This document shows positions 10,243 through 19,863 of a stretch of 64,000 nt of DNA, in pieces. The stretch is from an uncultured cyanobacterium. Its GTDB lineage: Bacteria; Cyanobacteriota; Cyanobacteriia; Pseudanabaenales; Pseudanabaenaceae. Position 1 is the stretch's first letter. Each line of letters opens with the position of its first letter. The stretch is from contig OY969811.1 in NCBI GenBank assembly GCA_963703315.1, forward strand, positions 3,808,001-3,872,000, in the 5' to 3' direction. Made by a program: the position numbers and the translations under genes. Under the pieces are notes generated by a model that worked only from the letters and a program-made list of their open reading frames with translations, was not told where the DNA came from and searched no databases.

Positions 10243-10989
10243 TTAGATGTGGGACATTTCCTGTAAGGCGATCGCTGCTGCCTCCTGCTGAGCCGCTTTA
10301 ATACTTTTGCCTTGACCTCTGCCCCAACAGCGATCGTCAAACCAGACTTCGACACAAAATAAGTTACTTCCTTCAGGATTTTCTTCAGAAGTGACATTGC
10401 GGTATTCAGGTAAACGCTTCCAACGTCCTTGCGTCAACTCTTGCAAAGCAACTTTATAATTACCCAAGGCAGGAATAGCCAGTAAAGACTCGGCAAAGCG
10501 ATGCATCTGTGGATCGAGCCATTGACGGATATAGGTTAAGTCACGAGTCGCGATATATAGCGCCGCCATCAGCGCCTCTAACGCATCCGCAAGGAGCGAT
10601 CGCAACGCCTGTGGATCATTTCGCGCTGCATTCGAGACCACTACATATTTTTGCAATTCATAGCTACTGGCGATTTCGGCGAGGGTTTTGTCACTAACTA
10701 AGTGCGATCGCAGCGCCGCTAAGTCCCCCACCGAGCGATCGCCATATCTTTCTTGCAAAAAAAGGCTGACCGATAGCCGTAATACACTGTCACCGACAAA
10801 CTCAAGCTGATCGTTGTTATAGGTAGTTGAAAAACTAGGATGTACCAAAGCCCGATCAATTAATAACCAGTCAAAACCGTGAGATTTAATAGATGGGTTG
10901 ACCCGTTCTAGTTTGGCTGGATCTAGTCCCATTTGTTCTAATAAACGGACTAATTCTCTTTGACGACGCGGATCGATGGTAGATGACAT
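10243..10989 (-). CDS. rnc: Ribonuclease III
   Basis: LEFVGDSVL and ADALEA signatures plus C-terminal dsRBD. Confidence 0.93.
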   Translation of the reverse strand: MSSTIDPRRQRELVRLLEQMGLDPAKLERVNPSIKSHGFDWLLIDRALVHPSFSTTYNNDQLEFVGDSVLRLSVSLFLQERYGDRSVGDLAALRSHLVSDKTLAEIASSYELQKYVVVSNAARNDPQALRSLLADALEALMAALYIATRDLTYIRQWLDPQMHRFAESLLAIPALGNYKVALQELTQGRWKRLPEYRNVTSEENPEGSNLFCVEVWFDDRCWGRGQGKSIKAAQQEAAAIALQEMSHI

Positions 10990-11072
10990 GGGACTTTGCA
11001 GATACTTTTACAGATACTTTTGCAGATACAATTACAGCAACTTCATAAACATGATCGTAGTTCATTGCAACC

Positions 11073-12398
11073 ATGACTAAAAGGTTTTTCTCTACACTTT
11101 GCTTAGCCTTGCTAACAACAGTGACAACGATTTGGATCGTCGCTTGTCAGCCTAACACTACAACCACAAGCACCAGTCCCACAAGTCCCTCTAAAGCCCC
11201 AACGACAACAGGCACAGGTGGTGGCGGAGTTAAGGACACCCTTCGACTAGGTGCATTGCTACCAATTACAGGAGACTTATCCTCAATTGGTGCGCCGATG
11301 ATCAAATCGATTGATTTTCTAGTAGATACTGTCAATAAATGCGGCGGTGTACTTGGTAAGCCCATCACCTATATTAAGGAAGACGATCGCACTGATCCTC
11401 CCGCAGGGGCAGAGGCAATGACGAAACTAGTCAAAATAGATAATGTGGGTGCAGTAGTTGGTTCCTTTGCTAGTAGCGTATCCACAGCAGCGCTAGCGAT
11501 TTCAGTACCGAACAAAGTTGTCCAAATTTCTCCTGGTAGCACCAGCCCCGTCTTTACCGAACGTGCTAAAAAAGGCGAATTTAACGGCTACTGGTATCGC
11601 ACCGCACCGCCTGACACCTATCAAGCACTAGCTCTTGCCAACCTTGCCTATAAAAAAGGCGCTCGCAAAGTTGCCACTCTCGTCATTAACAATGACTATG
11701 GCGTGGGTTTTGAGAAAGCCTTTGTGGATGCCTTTGAGAAACTTGGTGGCACAATTGTTAACAAAAACAAACCTACCCGCTACGATCCCAAAGCAACTAC
11801 CTTTGAAGCTGAGGCTAAAGGCGCATTTGGTAGCAAGCCCGATGCTGTAGCTGCTATTTTATATCCCGACTCTGGTGGTGCGGTGATCAAAGCAGCCTTT
11901 GAACAGGGCTTAACGAAGGACGTGAAAATCCTACTTACTGATGGTGTAAAAACCGAAGACTTCCCAAAATTAATTGGTAATACCCCTGAAGGTAAGTTAA
12001 TCCTCGCTGGGGCGATCGGTACTGTCCCCGGAGCCGATGGTAAATCCTTAGAAACATTTACCAAAGCCTTCAAGGAAAAAACAGGTCAAGAACTCGGTGC
12101 ATTTGTGCCTCATTCATACGATGCGGCGGCTCTAGTGGCGATCGCCGCCGAAGCAGCTAAAGACGCGACGGGTGATGGTATCAAGAGCAAGATCCGTGAA
12201 ATTGCTAATGCCCCCGGTCAAGAAGTCACCGATGTCTGTGAAGCACTCAAGCTAGTCAAAGCAGGTACTGACATTGACTATCAAGGTGCAAGCGGTAATG
12301 TTGATCTTGATGAATATGGCGATGTCAAAGGTAGTTATGACGTATGGGAAGTGCAGCCCGACGGCAAAATTAAAGTAATCGATCGCGTTTCTCCGTAA
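11073..12398 (+). CDS. natB: Neutral/branched-chain amino acid ABC substrate-binding lipoprotein (NatB-like)
   Basis: Lipobox IVAC, GALLPITG, ISPGSTSP, YQGASGNVD. Confidence 0.8.
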   Translation: MTKRFFSTLCLALLTTVTTIWIVACQPNTTTTSTSPTSPSKAPTTTGTGGGGVKDTLRLGALLPITGDLSSIGAPMIKSIDFLVDTVNKCGGVLGKPITYIKEDDRTDPPAGAEAMTKLVKIDNVGAVVGSFASSVSTAALAISVPNKVVQISPGSTSPVFTERAKKGEFNGYWYRTAPPDTYQALALANLAYKKGARKVATLVINNDYGVGFEKAFVDAFEKLGGTIVNKNKPTRYDPKATTFEAEAKGAFGSKPDAVAAILYPDSGGAVIKAAFEQGLTKDVKILLTDGVKTEDFPKLIGNTPEGKLILAGAIGTVPGADGKSLETFTKAFKEKTGQELGAFVPHSYDAAALVAIAAEAAKDATGDGIKSKIREIANAPGQEVTDVCEALKLVKAGTDIDYQGASGNVDLDEYGDVKGSYDVWEVQPDGKIKVIDRVSP

Positions 12399-12554
12399 AT
12401 AACAAAAATTACAACGCTTTGCACTTTCTTAAAAACCAAAGGAACTTTAAAAAAGCTTGCTTCACAAGCTTTTTTAAAGTTCCGATATTTAGACAAAAAA
12501 TCTGCTAATCTTGCTGTAAAAATCTAGGCATCTACCTAAATATAGAGACTATCT

Positions 12555-12944
12555 ATGGCGATCGAACTCAAAGCTGCTGCTCCGCAAGAAGTTTCCATCT
12601 ATATGCCCTACTATCGAGAGCCAAACAGACGGCAAGCTCTCCCCTATGCAATCTCTTTGTATAAGCAAGGCGAAATTACAGGTGAACGGCATATAGAAGG
12701 AAGCCCTGCTATTTCCTTTATGGCAGTGTGGCGCGTGGCAAACTTACCAGCAGATATCACACTATGTCGGGTCACTTTTGATGGAGACGCTGATATGAGC
12801 TATGAGATCACTCTAGAAAATACTGAATTTGTGGGTTATTTAATTGAAGTTGTTTCTAGTATTCGTGACAAAGGCTATGTTGATTTCCCCCAAATCTTTT
12901 ATAGCAAGTTGTTTCGCTTAAAACTTGCTAGCATGGACGGCTAA
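12555..12944 (+). CDS. ebsA: Type IV pilus biogenesis protein EbsA
   Basis: YMPYY...LPYAISLY..G...GER.IEG pattern of the cyanobacterial EbsA family. Confidence 0.8.
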   Translation: MAIELKAAAPQEVSIYMPYYREPNRRQALPYAISLYKQGEITGERHIEGSPAISFMAVWRVANLPADITLCRVTFDGDADMSYEITLENTEFVGYLIEVVSSIRDKGYVDFPQIFYSKLFRLKLASMDG

Positions 12945-13113
12945 ATTTTTGACATTAAATCTTTACGCTGATTTTTGCAGAATGGCAACCCAAAAAATAT
13001 CAACTAATGTATAATCCTAAGCTCAAATCTTGCTAAAACAAACAAAGTCAGCTAAAGTCCTGATGCAGCTTTTTATAAGGCAAAAGAATAGTCAATTTTA
13101 AGGGGTTTACATT

Positions 13114-13377
13114 GTGTCATATGCCGCCCAACGCCTCGAACATCCAGAGCGACAGTCAGAACCTGTAGCTAAAAAAGTCGATCCAATCATTGTCAGAGCC
13201 GCTAAGCAGATTTATCGCTATTATGCTGATTCCTATGCAGCCCAACTGCCCCGACCTATGGGAATTGCTATTAATCGTATAGATATGACTGGTAAGCTCA
13301 TTTACTCTCAGTTAATTTTGCTACCACAAGAAAGCTTTGTCCCAATGGAATTAATTGAGTTATCTGACTATCATTAA
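13114..13377 (+). CDS. Hypothetical protein
   Basis: GTG start after a purine-rich stretch; ends ILLPQESFVP; no family recognised with confidence. Confidence 0.65.
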   Translation: MSYAAQRLEHPERQSEPVAKKVDPIIVRAAKQIYRYYADSYAAQLPRPMGIAINRIDMTGKLIYSQLILLPQESFVPMELIELSDYH

Positions 13378-13601
13378 GGCTATTTCATGCGATCGCTTAA
13401 GAGCCTTTAGCCCAGATCGGTTAATGAAATTTATAAAATGTATAAATGATTTATACAAATTTATACAAAAATAATTGATAAAAAGTTTTTACTTTTAAAA
13501 AGGCTATTCTTAAAAATGATTAAGTAATGTTTTAGTTAGTTATTTGCATTGATTGAAAATTATCAAAACTCTTGTATTTAGATAGTATTTAGGTATCAGT
13601 T

Positions 13602-14039
13602 ATGACGTATACATCAAGCTCTTCAGTATCCGTAACAGCGTCAGTACGTTTCCAGAGCAAGCTCAAGGAGACCAAAAATTTTGGTGATGCTTTGGTAGAG
13701 GTGTTTTCTGACCTTGTGCAGTTAGAAATTGTGACTTGGGTAGCTCATGAAGGTGATACAACCCATAGAGGGGGTAATCGCTTAAAAACAACGATTAACC
13801 TGATCGATGGTGATATTGAAAATGAGTTAGGCGCAGATTTTTTACAAGGATCTCCCTATGCAGAGCTACGGGGCTTTCATGAGTCTCAAGTAGAAAAGGG
13901 AGCCGAGACGATCGCTAATAATCTCAAAACCTTAGTAGATATTGGTCAAAAGGTCACAGGCTTGCTCAAAGGTGAAAGTGAGCCAGAGCTTGAAGATTCC
14001 GTTGATTTCAGTAGCGCCCGCTTCCCTACTCGTGTCTAG
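13602..14039 (+). CDS. Hypothetical protein (LEIxT / INLIDGDI / FHxxQV motif set)
   Basis: First gene of a tightly spaced cluster after an AT-rich intergenic region. Confidence 0.8.
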   Translation: MTYTSSSSVSVTASVRFQSKLKETKNFGDALVEVFSDLVQLEIVTWVAHEGDTTHRGGNRLKTTINLIDGDIENELGADFLQGSPYAELRGFHESQVEKGAETIANNLKTLVDIGQKVTGLLKGESEPELEDSVDFSSARFPTRV

Positions 14040-14069
14040 TCCATTTCGTCCTGTCGCTGAGGAATCTGT

Positions 14070-14942
14070 ATGCGAGATCAGGCTACAAGCAATAAAAACA
14101 ATCCTGCAAATCAAAACAATACTAACAATCGGGTTGCCTCTAGCAGCGAAAAGTCCGTAAATAGACAAGGTTTACAGGTAGTACCCACTCCAAATAGCTC
14201 CACTCCAGTAGCGCCTAAAGAAACCTCTAGTGAAAGTGGTAGCCTTAATAAATTTCGAGAAACTCTTAAGGATATTTTAGAAGAAATAACCGCTTTAGAG
14301 GTAAATACGCTTATTGTTAGCCATATTCCGCTCGCCAGATTTGACGCAAGAGAGTTTTACGCTAATGTGATGCAAAACAATGAAGAGGGATTACAAAATA
14401 TCAAAAAAGCTCTCCTCGAACGCAGTAATAGGCTCAAGAAAAAAGGTGCAGCAGTCTCTCAGACTGAACTAGATCGTTATAATCGCGATTTAGAAATTTA
14501 CAAAAAGGCTGAGCGTAAATTTATTGAGAACAAAAACTCCCAAGATCCCGAAAAGAAGCATCAATTTGCGATCCAGAATGCTTGTTATGAGGAGCTAGCT
14601 CAGAAAATGCTGAAGCTAAATATCGCTAAGGACGAGAATGATCAAGTAATTCCCAATGCCGCAATGATTCGCTATTTCCGTAAGTTATGGGAGTTTGAAC
14701 AGTCAGTTTTAAATGGTGAACTCATTTATGCTCAGACTAAATTTCAACTTGACGGTGACTTGAGCAACCGATTTTTGGATGATTTGTTTGTCCCCAGCAA
14801 AAGTAGAATTGATCCCAAAATGGCAAAGCTGGTTTTTGATTTGCATAATCAAGCGGTCGAGAATGCGGAAAAGCAATGGATGGGATTGATTACGACTTGT
14901 GTCAATCTAGTTAAAGAGTTGATCCCATTCCGAGCCAAATAA
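14070..14942 (+). CDS. Hypothetical protein, apparent paralogue of the upstream gene with a helical insert
   Basis: LEVNT, TKFQLDGDL, LHNQAVE motifs. Confidence 0.8.
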   Translation: MRDQATSNKNNPANQNNTNNRVASSSEKSVNRQGLQVVPTPNSSTPVAPKETSSESGSLNKFRETLKDILEEITALEVNTLIVSHIPLARFDAREFYANVMQNNEEGLQNIKKALLERSNRLKKKGAAVSQTELDRYNRDLEIYKKAERKFIENKNSQDPEKKHQFAIQNACYEELAQKMLKLNIAKDENDQVIPNAAMIRYFRKLWEFEQSVLNGELIYAQTKFQLDGDLSNRFLDDLFVPSKSRIDPKMAKLVFDLHNQAVENAEKQWMGLITTCVNLVKELIPFRAK

Positions 14943-14977
14943 CTAATTCCAGATCTAGGAGCAATTCCTGAATTGCT

Positions 14978-15970
14978 TTGATTGGGGCATGGATCGTAGA
15001 AGAGTTACAAAATGGAGTTCTGGTGGCTACGCCTGATTGGTTGGCTATTGTCGATGATGAAATTAATTTGTGGCTTAACCCAAGAGTGTTATCTCAGATT
15101 GATCGAGATACTCAGGGGTTAGCGGTTGACAATGAGATTATTTATAAAATTAATAGTCAGGAATTATTGCAAGTCCTAGCCTCTAGTGTGGGTATGGCGG
15201 CGCATCGACAAGGGGCGATCGCGATATGGACTTATTACACTGACAAGAAGAAGATAAGTGGACTTGAGGAAAATTCATCATCGAAGCAGCCATCACCAAT
15301 ATTGCGGACATTAATGAATATTGATGGGGATCTTAGCCAGAAAGTTTGTGCTGATATTTTCCAACATCCTCAAGCCGATCGCCTTTTTAAAGTACATAGT
15401 TTTTTGGTCAGTCAAATTTCGCTGCAATTGATTACCGCGATCGAAGATTATATTGAAGAAAAATTACGCCCCTTTTCGATCGCGATCGCCTCTTTTCTAT
15501 TTACGATCACATGGCAAGAACCATTACAAAAAATAGCTAAGCAGTTTAAGGTTCCAGAAACTTTAATTGAGCCTCTCACTAATCAAAGTTTACAGATCGC
15601 AATCGCCGCTCCAATCGTCGTTTTACTGATTTGGTGGATTTCCGCAAAACTAAAGCTATCCTTACCTACAATACCCAGAGTTATTCAAAAATTTGGGGCA
15701 GATTTACTCAAGCTTTTAGAAAGCCAAAATTTTCAAATCGTGGCGATCGCGGTTTTGATCATTTTAGTTTTTTGTGCGATCGCTCTCAAATGGCTAATTC
15801 CACCCAACAGCCCAGTCAATGACTTTGTGATGACAATTCAATCATGGATAGAGCCATATTTACCAATAGCAATTATTAGTTTACGCAAATGGATTATTGG
15901 TACATTAGGCAAAATATTTTTACGTTATCCCATCTTTGTCAAATTGATTTTTGGGCGTTTCGTAAGATGA
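14978..15970 (+). CDS. Hypothetical membrane protein
   Basis: Soluble N-half, 3-4 hydrophobic segments in the C-half. Confidence 0.75.
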   Translation: MIGAWIVEELQNGVLVATPDWLAIVDDEINLWLNPRVLSQIDRDTQGLAVDNEIIYKINSQELLQVLASSVGMAAHRQGAIAIWTYYTDKKKISGLEENSSSKQPSPILRTLMNIDGDLSQKVCADIFQHPQADRLFKVHSFLVSQISLQLITAIEDYIEEKLRPFSIAIASFLFTITWQEPLQKIAKQFKVPETLIEPLTNQSLQIAIAAPIVVLLIWWISAKLKLSLPTIPRVIQKFGADLLKLLESQNFQIVAIAVLIILVFCAIALKWLIPPNSPVNDFVMTIQSWIEPYLPIAIISLRKWIIGTLGKIFLRYPIFVKLIFGRFVR

Positions 15971-16009
15971 TGGTAGAGAGTTCGCTATGCAAACTTTTAC
16001 GACAAGATC

Positions 16010-17278
16010 ATGAAACAAGTTGAGATTTGGCGATCGCAAGCTGCGGCAACCCTAGGATTTTTGGTTCCTAAGATTGATGGCAATGTCATCAATGACAAGG
16101 ATGGGCTAGTCGATGACCTGATTCGGGTGCTAAATAATTTACCCGCGCGTCTGGATATCCGCCAACCTTATGCAGGAATTTTCCCTGCTGCCGATTTACC
16201 AACTTGGCGCAATCGAGCAGCAGCAACCCTTAAATACATCGTGCCGAAGATTCCTGATGTGGAAGGTAGTGTTTTTGATGGCGCGATCGATGATTTGATT
16301 CGCTTTTTGCGTAATTTGCCCGCCCGTCCCACAGGGCGATCGCCTTATTCAGGACTATTTTCCCCTGCCTCTTTGACTACATGGCGAAAGCTAGCTGCAC
16401 AGACGGTAGTTGCCGAAATCGGTAAAATCATTGATCCCAAATACAATGATGCGGATGACCGAATTGATGACTTAATTCGAGTGATCAGTGGATTGCCCTT
16501 ACGCCCAGTTTTACGCAAGCCCTACGAAGGTCTTTACCAAGCCCCAAACCTGATTGAACATCGTAAATTAGCGGCTCGACGCTTAGATCAATTGATTACC
16601 GAGCTTAAAGATGATTTCAACGCTAAGGATGTCTTGGTAGATAGCACAATTCGGATTTTAAATAATTTGCCGCCGCGCCGCCTTGATCAAGAACCCTACG
16701 CGGGGCTATATCCCCCTGCTCCTGAAGTTAACAATCTCATGACAGCTTCGGGCTTGATTACCCAAGAACAACTCAGCGCGATCGCCCCCTATTCCAAACG
16801 CGATCGCCTTGAAAAGCTGCTACCCCACCTGAATAACACCATGCAGCGTTACGCCATCACCACTCCCTTACGCAAAGCCCATTTCATCGCTCAAGTGGGG
16901 CATGAAAGTGATGGCTTTAATACCAATGTAGAATATGCCTCTGGTGCAGCCTATGAAGGACGTAGAGATCTTGGCAATACTCAAGCAGGTGACGGCGTAA
17001 GATTTAAAGGACGTGGCTTAATCCAAGTCACAGGTAGGGCTAACTATGCTGATTGTGGCAGAGCCTTAGGCGTGGACTTAATTAGCAATCCTCAACGCTT
17101 GGGCGACTATGATCTCGCTTGTCTCAGTGCAGGTTGGTATTGGGACACACGCAAACTCAATGCTGATGCCGATTATGATGACATCCTCACCATTACCAAA
17201 GTTATCAACGGCGGCACAAATGGTTTAGCCGATCGCCAGTCCTATCTGGCTAGAGCTAAGAGAGTTTTTGGGATTTAA
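16010..17278 (+). CDS. Glycoside hydrolase family 19 (chitinase/lysozyme-like) with four N-terminal ~59-aa repeats
   Basis: AHFIAQVGHES, FKGRGLIQVTGRANY, INGGTNGLADR. Confidence 0.92.
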   Translation: MKQVEIWRSQAAATLGFLVPKIDGNVINDKDGLVDDLIRVLNNLPARLDIRQPYAGIFPAADLPTWRNRAAATLKYIVPKIPDVEGSVFDGAIDDLIRFLRNLPARPTGRSPYSGLFSPASLTTWRKLAAQTVVAEIGKIIDPKYNDADDRIDDLIRVISGLPLRPVLRKPYEGLYQAPNLIEHRKLAARRLDQLITELKDDFNAKDVLVDSTIRILNNLPPRRLDQEPYAGLYPPAPEVNNLMTASGLITQEQLSAIAPYSKRDRLEKLLPHLNNTMQRYAITTPLRKAHFIAQVGHESDGFNTNVEYASGAAYEGRRDLGNTQAGDGVRFKGRGLIQVTGRANYADCGRALGVDLISNPQRLGDYDLACLSAGWYWDTRKLNADADYDDILTITKVINGGTNGLADRQSYLARAKRVFGI

Positions 17279-17424
17279 CTCAAAACCTGTAGAGTCGCGC
17301 CCCTATGAAGCGTGAATCTACAGGTTTTGTTACACACATAAAGAAGCTAAAACCATGTCCTACAGTGACTTTACTACGCTTGACAAGGTACAAAATGCCT
17401 TCAATAACTAGAGATATTAAAACG

Positions 17425-17769
17425 ATGGATAAATTAAAAATATTGGAAGATTATCGACAAATTATTCGAGCTGTGTTACTTCCCTACACAAAAATCACTT
17501 ATGCCAATGTACCTGTAAGGAATATGGCAGCTTTTGACGATGAATTTGGTCAATACCTGATCATGTCTGAAGGATGGGATGGAAATCGTCATTTACATGG
17601 CTGTCTAATTCATGTGGAGATTATCGCTGATCGTGTATGGGTTCAAAGAGACGGCACTGAGGATGGAGTAACTGATGAGCTAGTAGCGGCTGGAATTGCC
17701 AAGCAAGATATTGTGTTGGGGTTTCAAGAACCATCGGTACGAAAGTATACGGAATTTGCAGTAGCATGA
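17425..17769 (+). CDS. xisI: XisI family protein
   Basis: GW.G..HLHGCLIHVEI..DRVWVQRDGTEDG...ELVAAGI.KQDIVLGF; start ATG 17425. Confidence 0.9.
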   Translation: MDKLKILEDYRQIIRAVLLPYTKITYANVPVRNMAAFDDEFGQYLIMSEGWDGNRHLHGCLIHVEIIADRVWVQRDGTEDGVTDELVAAGIAKQDIVLGFQEPSVRKYTEFAVA

Positions 17770-18347
17770 TCGCCAATCTGGGACTCTGTGGCGCACATCG
17801 CACGGGCAAAACCACACTGGCGATCGCCCTCTCTTCTAATTTAAATATTCCCTTTGTCCGCACCACGACGAGCCAAGTTTTTGCTCAGCTTGGATTAGAT
17901 CCCGCCGAGCCAATGGATTTTACAACAAGGCTATATGTCCAAAATCACGTCTTAGAAGCAGCCGAACAGGTTTGGCAAGATGCATCAACACCATTTATTA
18001 GCGATCGCACTCCTATCGATATGATCGCCTACACCCTCGGTGATATTCAGGGCAAAACTGATGTAGATTTCAACTTACTTAGTCAATATATGGAGCGCTG
18101 TTTTACAAGTACCAACCAATTTTTTCAAAATCTAGCGATTATTCAACCGGGTATCCCACTTGTCTATGAACAGGGTAAAGCCGCATTAAATGCCGCCTAC
18201 ATTGAGCATATTAATGTGTTAGTAGCTGGGCTTTGTAGGGATTCACGTCTCAAGGCTGATATATTCTGCAATCCCAGAGAGGCGATCGCGTTAGAAGTAA
18301 GAATCCTTAATATTTTAGAGCGATTCAAATACCTAAAAATTGGGTAA
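17766..18347 (+). CDS. AAA_28-type P-loop ATPase / nucleotide kinase-like
   Basis: GAHRTGKTT Walker A, SDRTPID; ATGA overlap with xisI. Confidence 0.8.
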   Translation: MIANLGLCGAHRTGKTTLAIALSSNLNIPFVRTTTSQVFAQLGLDPAEPMDFTTRLYVQNHVLEAAEQVWQDASTPFISDRTPIDMIAYTLGDIQGKTDVDFNLLSQYMERCFTSTNQFFQNLAIIQPGIPLVYEQGKAALNAAYIEHINVLVAGLCRDSRLKADIFCNPREAIALEVRILNILERFKYLKIG

Positions 18348-18370
18348 CTTGATCCAAGGACAAGGGGTAA
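18342..18370 (+). promoter_or_regulatory. Putative SigF-type promoter elements upstream of the minor pilin
   Basis: GGGTAAC (18342-48) and GGGTAA (18365-70), matching the motif reported for the Synechocystis pilA1 SigF promoter. Confidence 0.4.
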
Positions 18371-18393
18371 AAGTTAGTCATAGGTACGGGACA

Positions 18394-18957
18394 GTGAACT
18401 GCAAAAATCTAGAAATAATCATAAGTTTATGGCTGCGCGATCGCCGTTTTAGCAAAGCTCAAAGCTTAGATAAGCAAGGTTTTACCCTAATCGAGTTGCT
18501 AGTGGTGATCATTATTATTGGCATTTTGGCAGCGATCGCCCTACCCTCATTTCTTAATCAAGCTAATAAGGCAAGATTTGCGGAAGCAAAGTCATATATT
18601 GGCACAATGAGCCGCCTCCAACAAGTTTATTATCTGGAGAAAATGACCTTTGCTGATGCTATTACTAAGCTAAACTTGGGAGTAAATACGGCTTCAGCTA
18701 ATTTCACTTATTCTGTGGTTACAGGAGATGTTAATGGCAATACTACTCCAGTTCAATTGAACCAAATCGTGACTAATGTTGCAGTACCTTCAGCACCAAG
18801 CTTAAAATCTTTTGTCGGAGTTGTTGGCATACCTGGGGTAGTCAGAATAGATACAGTATTTTGTATTGCAAATTCTCCAAGTATTCCCATCACTCCTGGA
18901 CGATTGGATGCGGCTGCTCAAACGATGAGATGCCCTAATAGTTTTTCTCTCGAATAA
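18394..18957 (+). CDS. Type IV pilin-like protein (minor pilin)
   Basis: G/FTLIELLVVIIIIGILAAIALP prepilin cleavage motif; C-terminal Cys pair; likely start GTG 18394. Confidence 0.9.
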   Translation: MNCKNLEIIISLWLRDRRFSKAQSLDKQGFTLIELLVVIIIIGILAAIALPSFLNQANKARFAEAKSYIGTMSRLQQVYYLEKMTFADAITKLNLGVNTASANFTYSVVTGDVNGNTTPVQLNQIVTNVAVPSAPSLKSFVGVVGIPGVVRIDTVFCIANSPSIPITPGRLDAAAQTMRCPNSFSLE

Positions 18958-18969
18958 AACTAAATTTTA

Positions 18970-19026
18970 CTAAAAGCCAAAAAGTGAGGGTATCACAGTA
19001 TGATACCCTCACTTTTTGGCTTTTAG
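18970..19026. terminator. 26-bp-arm palindrome between the two pilin genes
   Basis: CTAAAAGCCAAAAAGTGAGGGTATCA-CAGTA-TGATACCCTCACTTTTTGGCTTTTAG. Confidence 0.7.
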
Positions 19027-19074
19027 CTATTCAAAAAATTTTTTGTTCTGAATGATATCATCCTGTTTTTTTGT

Positions 19075-19080
19075 GGGTAA
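19075..19080 (+). promoter_or_regulatory. Putative SigF-type promoter element of pilA
   Basis: GGGTAA about 55 nt upstream of the pilA ATG. Confidence 0.45.
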
Positions 19081-19135
19081 GTTACTTTCACAACCAAACG
19101 ATAAACGTTCTTGACATACACGGGATTAAAGAATT

Positions 19136-19723
19136 ATGAAATCTGAATTCAAGACTAAGCTCATTCAACACATTCTCAACAAGAAAAATGGTGAAAAAGG
19201 TTTCACCTTGATCGAACTTCTCGTTGTTATCATCATCATCGGTATTCTTGCAGCGATCGCTCTTCCTTCCTTCTTGAACCAAGCATCTAAAGCTCGCCAA
19301 TCTGAAGCCAAAACCTATACTGGTTCAGCAAACCGTTCTCAACAAGCCTACTACCTAGAGAAGCAACAATTTGCTCCTGACCTTCCTGCTTTGGCTCTAG
19401 GTATTGCTGGAACTACAGATAACTATGCATATGCTACTACTGGTTCTAGTAAAGGTGCAACATTGACTAACGCCAATGCCTTTAGCCTTGCTAGCCCAAG
19501 AGCTACAAACCTGAAAGGTTATGTTGGTGCTGTAAGTGTGTCTACTCCTGCTGGTAGTAATGAAGCTACAACTTTAGCCACTTTGGGAGAAGCTTCACTT
19601 GCTTCAGTTAACGGAGGCAACGCTGTTGCGACCAACCTTGCTATCACTGATGCATTTACCATTTCCACTACTCAAGCTCCAGCAGTTGTTACTGGTAACT
19701 CTGGATTTGTTGCGGTTAACTAA
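19136..19723 (+). CDS. pilA: Major type IV pilin PilA
   Basis: MKSEFK..LIQHIL.KK..EKG/FTLIELL leader typical of cyanobacterial major pilins; S/T/A-rich head. Confidence 0.88.
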   Translation: MKSEFKTKLIQHILNKKNGEKGFTLIELLVVIIIIGILAAIALPSFLNQASKARQSEAKTYTGSANRSQQAYYLEKQQFAPDLPALALGIAGTTDNYAYATTGSSKGATLTNANAFSLASPRATNLKGYVGAVSVSTPAGSNEATTLATLGEASLASVNGGNAVATNLAITDAFTISTTQAPAVVTGNSGFVAVN

Positions 19724-19863
19724 TAATTTAAAGCTCGATTGTGACTTTGCAGTGTCAAGCTTTAAATTAAAAGCAACTTAAACTAAATAAATAGTTAAGC
19801 TTTAGAAAGAGGGTGGGTAAATTACCTACCCTCTTTTAATATATCTATCTTAAATTTAATTTT

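Noticed and set aside
16010..18347. Prophage remnant (GH19 endolysin-like gene plus kinase-like ATPase)
   Set aside because: No integrase, structural or packaging genes; HIP1 sites are frequent, as in host DNA
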